Positions 50,926 through 60,368 of a DNA stretch of 64,000 nucleotides are shown in pieces. This DNA is from Acetobacteraceae bacterium. GTDB lineage: Bacteria > Pseudomonadota > Alphaproteobacteria > Acetobacterales > Acetobacteraceae. The stretch lies in contig OZ240681.1 in assembly GCA_965199165.1 (NCBI GenBank), positions 5,068,690-5,132,689 of the forward strand, written 5' to 3'. A program made the translations under genes and the position numbers. Under the pieces are notes generated by a model. The model did no database searches, was not told the DNA's origin, and worked only from the letters and a program-made list of their open reading frames with translations. Within the stretch, counting starts at the first letter, position 1; each line of letters opens with the position of its first letter.

Positions 50926-50996
50926 GACACTCTCCACACTGGTGGCTGGTCGCCCTCTGGCGGTCAGCGCGGAAGCGAGGGTCGTTTAACCGTCGC

Positions 50997-51040
50997 GTTC
51001 TGTTGGCATTCTGATACGACCTCTCGCACTGCAACAGAAC
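50997..51040. promoter_or_regulatory. 9-bp inverted repeat GTTCTGTTG ... CAACAGAAC (26-nt spacer), between the anmK stop and the repeat-protein start
   Basis: Read directly. Confidence 0.3.
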
Positions 51041-51100
51041 GTTGCCCCACGTCATTTGATCCATACGGAAATCGTTGTAATCCGATTGGAAGAAGCTCAC

Positions 51101-52183
51101 TTATGCGTGAGCGAGATGAACCCTTGGCCTGATGACGGCTCCGCCAAGCATCGGTCGCGATACTCCGGTCGTCATCGGCAGGCTGAGTGGCAGCCCGCGC
51201 TGCACCCGCGCCGCCAGAAAGCCGAAGCACTGCGCCTCCAGCGCGTCGCCGTCCCAGCCGACGGCCCCGACCGGATGTACCGGCCCACCGAGCCCCGCGG
51301 CGAGCGCTGCCATGATGACCTTGTTGTGCCGCCCGCCCCCGGTGACCAGCCAGCGCAGCGGCCGCTCGGGCAGAGGACAGGACGCGACGGCCCGCGCGGT
51401 GAAAGCCGCGAGCGTCGCTGCGCCGTCCGCGGCCGAGACGCCGGCCAGATCGGCCATGACGCCATGGAAGGCCTGCCGGTCGAGCGACTTCGGCAAAGGC
51501 CGGGCGAAATAGGGCTGCATGAGCCAGCGCGCGATCAGAGCCTCCTGGATCTGGCCGGAACCTGCGAGCGCGCCATCGACATCGAAGGCCTGACCCGTGT
51601 GCCGCGCCACCCAGTCGTCGAGCAGCGCGTTCCCCGGGCCAGTGTCACAGGCGGCGATGGTGCCGTCGCTCCCCAGGAACGTCACGTTGGCGACGCCGCC
51701 TATGTTCAGCACCGCCAGAGGCTTCGGCAGCGCGCGGGCCAGCGCGGCATGGAACAGCGGCACCAGCGGCGCGCCCTCGCCGCCGGCAGCGACATCGGCC
51801 TCGCGGAAAGCGTAGGCGACAGGCGTCAGTGTCGCTTCGGCCAGAGCTTGCGCATCGCCGATCTGCCAGGTCCGACGGCGCGCAGGGTCGTGCAGGATCG
51901 TCTGGCCGTGAAAGCCGATGAGGTCGGCAGGCCGCCCGATGCGGCGGACAGCCTCGATATGGACCTCCGTCAGCCGCCGCGTGGCGTCCAGCAGATCCGG
52001 GTCATCGGCGCGAAGCCCCGACGCCCGGTCCAGGATGCGGCGCAGATCGGCCCGCAGGCCTGTGTCATAGGGCAGCGTCAGGCTGGGGCCGAAGGCGCCG
52101 ATCGCCTCGCCATCCGTCTCCAGCCAGGCGGCGTCCACCCCATCCAGCGAGGTGCCACTCATCAGCCCAATCACACGCAGCAT
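51101..52183 (-). CDS. anmK: Anhydro-N-acetylmuramic acid kinase
   Basis: [40 protein letters not shown]. Confidence 0.9.
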   Translation of the reverse strand: MLRVIGLMSGTSLDGVDAAWLETDGEAIGAFGPSLTLPYDTGLRADLRRILDRASGLRADDPDLLDATRRLTEVHIEAVRRIGRPADLIGFHGQTILHDPARRRTWQIGDAQALAEATLTPVAYAFREADVAAGGEGAPLVPLFHAALARALPKPLAVLNIGGVANVTFLGSDGTIAACDTGPGNALLDDWVARHTGQAFDVDGALAGSGQIQEALIARWLMQPYFARPLPKSLDRQAFHGVMADLAGVSAADGAATLAAFTARAVASCPLPERPLRWLVTGGGRHNKVIMAALAAGLGGPVHPVGAVGWDGDALEAQCFGFLAARVQRGLPLSLPMTTGVSRPMLGGAVIRPRVHLAHA

Positions 52184-52243
52184 TCCGCCATCCCCCCACC
52201 CGTGCTAGCCCAGCGCAGCGAACGATACTTACGGACAGGCTCG

Positions 52244-53491
52244 ATGACGAAAAGCGGTTTCCTGACGGAGGCGAAGGCACGCGGCTTCGTGTTCCAATGC
52301 ACGGACGAGACGGCGCTGGACGAGGCGCTGCTGGCCGGCACCGTCAGCGGCTATATCGGCTTCGACCCGACCGCCGCCAGCCTGCATGTCGGCAGCATGG
52401 TGCAGATCATGATGCTGCGGCTGCTGCAGAAGCACGGCCACAAGCCGGTGGCGCTCCTCGGCGGCGGCACCTCCAAGATCGGCGACCCGTCCTTCCGCGA
52501 GGAAGCCCGCCAGCTGCTGACGGACGCCCAAATTGCCGAGAACATCGCCGGCATCCGCCGCAATATCGAGCCGTTCCTGCGTTTCGGGGATGGCCCCTCG
52601 GACGCCATCATGGCCAACAACGCCGACTGGCTCGACCGCCTCGGCTATATCGAGCTGCTGCGCGAGATCGGGCCACATTTCAGCATCAACCGCATGCTCA
52701 GCTTCGACAGCGTGAAGTCCCGGCTGGACCGCGAGCAGGGGCTGACCTTTCTCGAGTTCAACTACTCCATTCTGCAGAGCTACGACTTCCGCGAGTTGAA
52801 CCGCCGCTATGGCGTCAACCTGCAGATGGGCGGGTCCGACCAGTGGGGCAACATCGTCTCGGGCGTCGATCTCGTCCGCCGCACCGACGCGAAGACCGTC
52901 TTCGGGCTGACGACACCGCTGCTGACCACGGCCTCGGGCGCCAAGATGGGCAAGACCGCGCGCGGCGCCGTCTGGCTGTCGGCCGAGCGCCTGTCGCCCT
53001 TCGACTACTGGCAGTTCTGGCGGAATACGGAGGACGCCGATGTCGGGCGCTTCCTGCGGCTGTTTACCGACCTGCCGCTGGAAGAGACTGCCCGGCTGGA
53101 AGCGCTCGGTGGCGCCGAGATCAACGAGGCCAAGAAGATCCTGGCGACCGAGGCGACGACGCTCAACCATGGCGCCGAGGCCGCACGCGCCGCTGCCGAA
53201 ACGGCGCGGCTCGCCTTCGAGGAGGGCGCCGCCGCCGACAGCCTGCCGAGCGTGACGCTGCCGGTGGAGGATTTGCAGGCCGGTATTCCGGCTTTCGCAA
53301 TCCTCGTAGCGGCGGGTTTGGCGGCGACCAACGGCGAGGCGCGGCGGCTGATCCGGGGTGGCGGCGCGCGCCTCAACGACGTGCCCTTCACCGAGGAGGC
53401 GCAGATCGTGTCGCTCTCGGATCTTCATGACGGGGCGCTGAAATTGTCCGCCGGGCGTAAGCAGCACCGGCTGGTGCGGGCAGGAAACTGA
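52244..53491 (+). CDS. tyrS: Tyrosine--tRNA ligase
   Basis: [16 protein letters not shown] (HIGH-type), KMGKT (KMSKS-type), C-terminal S4-like domain. The 811-aa ORF in the track is over-extended across antisense anmK. Confidence 0.93.
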   Translation: MTKSGFLTEAKARGFVFQCTDETALDEALLAGTVSGYIGFDPTAASLHVGSMVQIMMLRLLQKHGHKPVALLGGGTSKIGDPSFREEARQLLTDAQIAENIAGIRRNIEPFLRFGDGPSDAIMANNADWLDRLGYIELLREIGPHFSINRMLSFDSVKSRLDREQGLTFLEFNYSILQSYDFRELNRRYGVNLQMGGSDQWGNIVSGVDLVRRTDAKTVFGLTTPLLTTASGAKMGKTARGAVWLSAERLSPFDYWQFWRNTEDADVGRFLRLFTDLPLEETARLEALGGAEINEAKKILATEATTLNHGAEAARAAAETARLAFEEGAAADSLPSVTLPVEDLQAGIPAFAILVAAGLAATNGEARRLIRGGGARLNDVPFTEEAQIVSLSDLHDGALKLSAGRKQHRLVRAGN

Positions 53492-53808
53492 TGATGACGC
53501 AAGAAGAAATTACAGCTTGGGCACTGCAGAACGGATGGCAGATGATCGGCGGCCATCTCAGCCTGACGAAGCCGCGCGCGCATAAGGAGGTGATCGTGCG
53601 CCTCGTATTGAAGGCGACGGTCGCCAACCTGGAGGTCAAGAAGCTGGCGGGCAACAAGTGGGAGAAGATGTCGGGCGCGCCCTATTCCGCCATTGAGCCC
53701 GACAGCGAGGACGGTCCGCCGCGCGGCCTGGGGTTCGAGAGCATTCCGAGCTTCACGATGCTCATGCAATCGAACAAGGATGCGCAGATGTTCTCGAAGC
53801 TGAAGTGA
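53491..53808 (+). CDS. Hypothetical 105-aa protein
   Basis: ATG overlaps the tyrS TGA by 1 nt; lower GC by eye; no family recognised ([25 protein letters not shown]..). Confidence 0.4.
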   Translation: MMTQEEITAWALQNGWQMIGGHLSLTKPRAHKEVIVRLVLKATVANLEVKKLAGNKWEKMSGAPYSAIEPDSEDGPPRGLGFESIPSFTMLMQSNKDAQMFSKLK

Positions 53809-53921
53809 GGCGGCGACCGCGCGCGTCGTCGCCCGCGGACTTGTTCCGCGGGCCTACCAGCGGCGGCGCCCGGACGGGAGCCGGGCGCCGGAACGGCTAG
53901 ATGCGCGTGTCGGGGACGCGC

Positions 53922-56900
53922 ATGACGAGTTCTTCCTACGTCGAGCTTCAGCTCACCACCAACTACTCCTTCCTCCGTGGTGCGAGCCATGTCGAGGAAC
54001 TGGTCGAGACCGCGGCGAACCTCGGCTACACCGCCATCGGCGTCACCGACCGCAACTCCGTCGCCGGCATGGTGCGCGCCTTCCAGCGCTGCCGCGAAGC
54101 CGGGCTTCGCCTCGTCCCCGGCTGCAGGCTCGACCTGACCGATGCGCCGTCACTCCTCGTCTACCCGACCGACCGCGCCGCATGGTCCCGCCTCTGCCGC
54201 CTGCTGACCGTCGGCAAGCGCCGCGGCCACGAGCAGGGACTGCGCGCGGGTTCCTGCATCCTCCAGTGGGCCGATGTCGCCGGTCATGCCGAGGGACTCG
54301 TCGGCGTGCTGCTCGCGGAAACCGTGGAGGGCGCGCATCTCCAGGCGCACGCGCAACTCTTTGGCCGACGCGCCTATCTTGCGCTGTCACCGCGGCGGCT
54401 ACCGGGCGACGCTCTCCGCCTGCATCGCCTCGCCGAGGCTGCCCGCGCCGCCGGTGTCGCGCTGCTGGCGACCGGCGACGTGCTCTATCATGCAGCCGAA
54501 CGCCGCATCATGCAGGATGTCGTCACCTGCATTCGCGAACACACCACCATCGACGCCGCCGGTTTCCACCGCGAACGCTTTGCCGACCGGCACCTGCGCA
54601 GCCCCGCCGAGATGGCGCGCCTCCTCGCAGACTATCCGGAGGCGCTGGCCAATACCAAGGCCATCCTGGCCGCCTGCCGCTTCGACCTCGGCGCCATCCA
54701 GTACCAATACCCGAACGAGACCGACCGACCGGGAGAGACGGCGCAACAGACGCTGGAACGGCTGGTCTGGGAGGAGGGCGTGCCCTTCCGCTATGCCGGT
54801 GGTCTCACAAGCGAGATCGAGACCCAGCTCCGCCACGAACTGACCCTGATCGGCAACCTCGGCTACGCGCCTTACTTCCTCACCGTCCATTCCATCGTCC
54901 GCTTCGCCCGCTCCCGCGACATCCTCTGCCAGGGACGCGGTTCCGCCGCCAACTCCGCCGTCTGCTACGTGCTCGGCATCACCGAGGTCGATCCTGTCCA
55001 GTCGGGCCTGCTCTTCGAGCGGTTCGTCTCCGCCGAGCGCCATGAACCGCCCGACATCGATGTCGACTTCGAACACGAGCAGCGCGAGATCGTCATCCAA
55101 TGGGTCTATGACCATTACGGCCGCGACCGCGCCGCCCTCTGCGCCACCGTCATGCGCTACCGCAGCCGGGGCGCGGTGCGCGATGTCGGTAAGGTGCTCG
55201 GCCTCACCGAAGACGTGACCAGTGCGCTTGCGGGCCAAGTCTGGGGCTGGTCGAGCGAGGGCGTCGAGGAGCAGCACGCGCGTGCTCTCAACCTCAATCT
55301 CGAAGACCGGCGCTTGCGGATGACGCTGGAACTCGCCCGCGACCTGATCGGCTTTCCGCGCCAGATGGGCACGCATCCCGGCGGTTTCGTCCTCACCCAG
55401 GACCGGCTCGACGATCTCGTGCCGATCGCGCCCGCGGCCATGCAGGATCGCCAGGTCATCGAATGGGACAAGGACGACATCGACGTTCTGCGCTTCATGA
55501 AGGTGGATGTGCTGGGGCTCGGCATGCTCGGCTGCATGCGCCGCGCCTTCGACCTCATCGAGGAGCATGACGGCGAGACGCTCACCCTGTCGACAATCCC
55601 GAAGGAGGACCCTGAGACCTTCGCGATGATCTCGAAAGCCGACACGCTCGGGACCTTCCAGATCGAGAGCCGCGCGCAGATGGCGATGCTGCCGCGCCTC
55701 AAGCCGCGCGAATTCTACGACCTCGTCGTGCAGGTTGCGATCGTGCGGCCGGGGCCGATCCAGGGCGACATGGTCCACCCCTATCTCCGCCGCCGCGAAG
55801 GGCGCGAGCCGGTCACCTACCCGACGCCGGCGCTGAAGAAAGTGCTGGGCAAAACGCTCGGCGTGCCGCTGTTCCAGGAACAGGCGATGCAGGTCGCCAT
55901 CCAGTGCGCGGGCTTTACGCCGGGCGAGGCCGACCAGCTCCGACGGTCCATGGCGACGTTCAAACTCACTGGCGGCGTCAGCAAGTTCCGCGACAAGCTC
56001 ATCGCCGGCATGGTCGCGCGCAACTACCCGCAGGAGTTCGCGGAAAACACCTTCCGCCAGATCGAGGGCTTCGGCTCCTACGGTTTTCCCGAAAGCCATG
56101 CGGCGAGCTTCGCGCTGATCGCCTATGCGAGCGCCTGGATGAAGCGTCACCATGCCGATGTGTTCTGCTGCGCACTGCTCAACAGCCAGCCGATGGGCTT
56201 CTACGCTCCCGCCCAGGTGGTGTCCGATGCGCGCGCGCATGGCGTGCCAATCCACCCCGTCTCGGTCAACCACTCCCGCTGGGACTGCACGCTTGAGGAG
56301 ACCACTGGCCCCTACCGCGCCGTCCGGCTGGGGCTGCGCATGGCGAAGGGGCTCGCCAACGCCGATGGCGCCGCCATCGTGCTGGCTCGCGGGGCGGAGC
56401 CCTTCACCTCGGTGGAGGAGTTGGCGCGCCGCGCCGGCGTGGCCGCGGCACCCCTGGAACGGCTCGCCGAAGCCGACGCCTTCGCGAGTATGGGGCTGGA
56501 CCGGCGGGCGGCACTCTGGGCCATCCGGGGCCTTGCCGACACGGCCCTGCCGCTCTGGGCGGCGGCGGATGCCGGCCTCATGCCGCGCGCTCGAAACCCG
56601 CGAACCCACAGTCGCCCTGACACCGATGACGGCCGGGCGCGCGGTGGTGGAGGATTACCGCAGCTTCGGCCTGTCGTTGCGCGCCCATCCGGTCTCGTTC
56701 CTGCGGGACACGCTCGCGGCGCGGGGCATGATCGCCTGCGGCGATCTGGCGACCATGCGGGACGGTCGGCGGGCGACGGTGCCCGGCCTGGTTCTGGTTC
56801 GGCAGAAGCCGGGATCGGCCAAGGGCATCATGTTCATCACCCTCGAGGACGAAACCGGCATCGCGAACATCGTTGTCTGGCCCTCGATCTTCGAGACGCA

Positions 56901-57147
56901 TCGCGCCCTCATCCTGTCCGCACGCATGATCGCGGTGCGTGGGCGCGTGCAGCGGGAGGGCGAGGTCATCCACGTCGTGTCCGACAGGCTGGAAGACCTG
57001 TCACCGCTTCTGGCAGGCCTCGGCCGGGCGGAGGAAGACTTCCCGCTCCGCACCGGCCGAGGCGACGAGGCAAAGCACGGAGGCGCCCCCGATCCGCGCG
57101 AGCATGGCGGCGGCAGCATCCGCGTGCCGACGCGGGACTTTCGCTGA
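53922..57147 (+). pseudogene. dnaE2: Error-prone DNA polymerase DnaE2 (ImuC), frame-disrupted near 56570-56600
   Basis: [23 protein letters not shown] (PHP), polymerase core through ..[10 protein letters not shown] in the frame of ORF 53901. The conserved C-terminus ([35 protein letters not shown] ... OB-fold) is in the frame of ORF 56152. The span is 3226 nt, i.e. 3n+1. Confidence 0.85.
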
Positions 57148-57171
57148 CCGCGCCGGCACCACTCAGGGCAG

Positions 57172-57771
57172 TCAGTCAGCTGTCTTGAAGGAGCCGGAGG
57201 CGAGCCAGCCCCAACGGCCCAGCAGCGGGGTCAGGCGACGATCGAGCCCGAACTGCAGGCCCGACTGCGCCAGGAACAGCGAGACGAAGACGAAGGCATA
57301 GATGATGGCGGTTCCGATATCGGTAGAGCCCGCCTTGTAGGGTCCACCGAACCCTTCAGCGGTGGACCAGATGACGAGCGTCAGCAGCACGCCGCCGAGG
57401 GCCGCCAGGTTGCTGAAGACGCCGAAGATCAGCGCGACGGCAAGGGCGGTTTCGCTGAGTGCGACGATGATGCCGAAGACATGCGGATTGACGTTGATGA
57501 TGTTGATCCAGAACCCGATCCATGCCTTCACGAGGGACGGTTGTCCATCAAGCGCGCCGGTCAGATAGCTCGCGAAGCCGGACTGGAAGGCGGGCTGCCA
57601 CTTGAACTGGGCGTCGATTGCCCACGCAATCCCGAACAGAATGCGCAGCACGCCGAAGGCTTGGTCGCGCCACGGTTCCACGAGGTGCTCCCCTGGCGAA
57701 AACACAGCGAAGGGTAGTCGTGCAGACGGCGATGCAATCCCATCTGCCGTGACTTTTGGAGAGATTTGCAT
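57172..57771 (-). CDS. DoxX-like integral membrane protein
   Basis: [17 protein letters not shown], four predicted TM helices; start set at MQISPK. Confidence 0.5.
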   Translation of the reverse strand: MQISPKVTADGIASPSARLPFAVFSPGEHLVEPWRDQAFGVLRILFGIAWAIDAQFKWQPAFQSGFASYLTGALDGQPSLVKAWIGFWINIINVNPHVFGIIVALSETALAVALIFGVFSNLAALGGVLLTLVIWSTAEGFGGPYKAGSTDIGTAIIYAFVFVSLFLAQSGLQFGLDRRLTPLLGRWGWLASGSFKTAD

Positions 57772-58064
57772 GTGGTTCTTCTCGTGGATCGGTGTGAAGC
57801 GAAATGCGTGCGTCAGTCCCATGATCTCCCGTGAGGAGAAGGAATGGCGGCCGGACGGGAGCAGACGGCCTCAGCTGTCTCTGCAATAGGAGCCTGGTGC
57901 TCGGCTCGACATGATCTGGATCAAGGCCGGTGCGGATTTTCCTGATGAGACGGACGGAGCCCCTGCCTTTGCGGCTGCCGGTTGCCGCGCCTTGCCCTAT
58001 GTTGCATCGACCGGCATGACCGGAGCGGACCGCAGGACCATCAAGACCAGAACGGAGCCCGACG

Positions 58065-58799
58065 ATGTACGATCTGCATTACTGGCCGACGCCGAACGGC
58101 AAGAAGGTGACCATCCTGCTGGAGGAACTCGGTGCCGCGTATCGGGTGGTTCCCGTCAACATCGGCCGGGGGGATCAGTTCACGCCGGAGTTTCTCGCCC
58201 TCAACCCGAACCACCGCATGCCGGTGCTGGTCGATCACGCACCCCGCGACGGCGGCGCGCCTCTGACCGTCTTCGAGTCCGGCGCCATCATGCTGTATCT
58301 GGCCGAGAAGGAGAGCGCGTTCCTGCCCCAGGATGTTCGTGGAAAGGCCGAAGTCACCGAATGGGTGATCTGGCAGATGGCGAACCAAGGCCCGAAGTCC
58401 GGCGAATGCGGACATTTTCGCCGCCTCGGCGACACGAAGGGCGACCAGTCCTATGCCGTGCGGCGCTTTACGGACGAGGCGAACCGGCTCTACGGCGTGC
58501 TCAACAACCGCCTGTTCGATCGCCGCTACATCGCCGGTGAGAGCTACACGATCGCCGACATGATCTGCTACCCCTGGACGGTGAACTGGCAAGGCCAGGG
58601 CCAGGACATCGAGGACTTCCCCTATTTCAAGCGCTGGTTCACCGAAATGGGCGCGCGCCCTGCCGTGCAGCGCGGCATGGCCGTCGGCGCAGAGCTGTCC
58701 GAGGACCCATCGACGCTGCCGGAAGAGGAGCGCGAGCGCCGGGCGAAAATCCTCTACAATCAGCGTGCCCGCCCGGCCCCTGCGGGCGGGCTGCTCTAG
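58065..58799 (+). CDS. Nu-class glutathione S-transferase (YfcG/YghU-like)
   Basis: MYDLHYWPTPNGKKVTILLEELG..GDQFTPEFLALNPNHRMPVLVDH, ESGAIMLYLAEK. Confidence 0.85.
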   Translation: MYDLHYWPTPNGKKVTILLEELGAAYRVVPVNIGRGDQFTPEFLALNPNHRMPVLVDHAPRDGGAPLTVFESGAIMLYLAEKESAFLPQDVRGKAEVTEWVIWQMANQGPKSGECGHFRRLGDTKGDQSYAVRRFTDEANRLYGVLNNRLFDRRYIAGESYTIADMICYPWTVNWQGQGQDIEDFPYFKRWFTEMGARPAVQRGMAVGAELSEDPSTLPEEERERRAKILYNQRARPAPAGGLL

Positions 58800-59935
58800 C
58801 CTATCTCGAAACTCACCGGTCTTTCGGGGGCGGTGAGATGCCGCGCCGCCCATGCGGCGCAGGCTGCGATGGCTGTAGCCGGGTCGACCCCGGGCACAGG
58901 CACGATGACGGCACGCAAGCGCGGCTCGGGCAAGGTGCTGTCGAGCGTGACCCGGCACGCCGACACCATCGCTTGGTTGAGCAGCCGCGACGCGACGCGG
59001 TCAGGGAAGACATTGACGCCGGCCACCTGAACCGCACCGTCGATCCGCTCCACGGGCCGGATCAACCGTTCACTTTCCCAGACCGCGCGATCGGGCAAAG
59101 CGATTTCGGCCTCTGTGGAGATGTCCTCGATCGACCCTTCGCCGCTGCCCCGCCGCCAGCGCGGAAGGAGCGCGAACGGCAAGTCCGGATCGCTGCGAAA
59201 TGCTATTCCCCCCGTTTCCGAGCTTCCATAGATGTCGACCACCTGCGCCGCGCCATACGATCGTACTGCCCTGTGCGTGTCAGCGGGAAGGCTGGAGGTG
59301 GCGCTGACCACGCGCAGACCGCGCGGCAGATCGGCGGCCTGGCGCAACAGGCCAGCGAGGCCGGTCGGGAAACCCACGAGCAGATCCGTCGGAAGCAAAG
59401 TCGCGCGCACTGCGCCCGGACTCATCATGCGAACGTCAAGCACGGGGCAACCGGTCACCTCCGGCAGCAGCACCGCGAATAAGAACCCGTAGATGTGGTG
59501 CGCCGCGACGGTCTGAACGACGCGCGCGCATCCCGGGAAGACGCCGCTCCAGAACTGCGCTTCTTCATGCAACGCCACCATCGCCTGTCTGCACAGCTTC
59601 GGCCGGCCCGTCGTTCCTGAGGTCGCGAATGTAAAGCCGTCGATGGCGCCGCCTGCGAGGGCCTCGGCCACGATCCGGGACCAGCCGCCGAGAGTGGGCT
59701 CGCTCAACAGCCGGTTTTCGTCGCCCGCTTCATGCAGGCGAAAGAAGCGGCCGACCACCTCGGAGCTCGCCAGCAGTTCCAGGCTGTCGAGGGCCACGCC
59801 ATCCGGCCCCAGCGACGTGGCGGCATCCCAGGCAGCCGAGTCCCAGGCGCGGCCGGTGCCGATCGTGGCACGCTCCGCGGCGACCAGAGATGCGACGACG
59901 CGCAAGATCGCGCGCTCAGACAAAACGGCACGCAT
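58796..59935 (-). CDS. pcl: Short adenylate-forming ligase of the PYP-activating 4-coumarate--CoA ligase type
   Basis: AMP-binding signature FATSGTTGRPK, YGSSETGG, ~379 aa; directly downstream of pyp with a GGGAGA RBS. Confidence 0.7.
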   Translation of the reverse strand: MRAVLSERAILRVVASLVAAERATIGTGRAWDSAAWDAATSLGPDGVALDSLELLASSEVVGRFFRLHEAGDENRLLSEPTLGGWSRIVAEALAGGAIDGFTFATSGTTGRPKLCRQAMVALHEEAQFWSGVFPGCARVVQTVAAHHIYGFLFAVLLPEVTGCPVLDVRMMSPGAVRATLLPTDLLVGFPTGLAGLLRQAADLPRGLRVVSATSSLPADTHRAVRSYGAAQVVDIYGSSETGGIAFRSDPDLPFALLPRWRRGSGEGSIEDISTEAEIALPDRAVWESERLIRPVERIDGAVQVAGVNVFPDRVASRLLNQAMVSACRVTLDSTLPEPRLRAVIVPVPGVDPATAIAACAAWAARHLTAPERPVSFEIG

Positions 59936-59953
59936 GGCGGGGCTAGTCTCCCG

Positions 59954-60343
59954 TCACTCGACGATCTTCGTGAAGATCCAGCACCCGCCGCCGGTCGCTG
60001 CCAAGACGCGAACATGCAAATCGACATCGCGCGTGCCGCTCGGCAGATCCGCCATATGGTCGAACGAGAGGTCCAGCGTACCGCGAGCCAAAGCCTCATC
60101 GATCCGGCCTCGGCATCTGGCCGTGTTCAGGCAAGGTGCAATCTCAAGAAAAAACGGGCGACCCTGCGTTTCCTTTCTGTAGCCGGACAATTGCCGCTCG
60201 ACCTCGCTGTAGAAAGCGACTTCGTAGTTCGGATCGAGCTTGAGCACGCCGAACGGCAGTGCATTGATCTGGTCGGCCGTCAGCGTTTCAATGGCGGCTG
60301 CCAAATCCGGCGAATCGACGTCCAGGCCAGGCGGGGCGTTCAT
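59954..60343 (-). CDS. pyp: Photoactive yellow protein (PAS-fold blue-light photoreceptor)
   Basis: Aligns by eye with Halorhodospira PYP: LPFGVLKLDPNYEVAFYSEVERQLSG (Tyr42/Glu46 equivalents kept; Thr50->Ser, Arg52->Tyr), RPFFLEIAPC (chromophore Cys69 in the FF..APC motif), C-terminal WIFTKIV. 129 aa from ATG 60343. Confidence 0.85.
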   Translation of the reverse strand: MNAPPGLDVDSPDLAAAIETLTADQINALPFGVLKLDPNYEVAFYSEVERQLSGYRKETQGRPFFLEIAPCLNTARCRGRIDEALARGTLDLSFDHMADLPSGTRDVDLHVRVLAATGGGCWIFTKIVE

Positions 60344-60368
60344 GACTGAAACTCCCGTGCCGAGGTCG

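Noticed and set aside
51056-53491. 811-aa ORF that would make a giant TyrS fusion.
   Set aside because: Its first ~396 codons are antisense to anmK and motif-free; TyrS similarity starts at Met 52244 ([15 protein letters not shown]).
53843-53857. Possible LexA/SOS box upstream of dnaE2 (GTTC-CGCGGGC-CTAC).
   Set aside because: Only the first half-site matches the alphaproteobacterial GTTC-N7-GTTC consensus.
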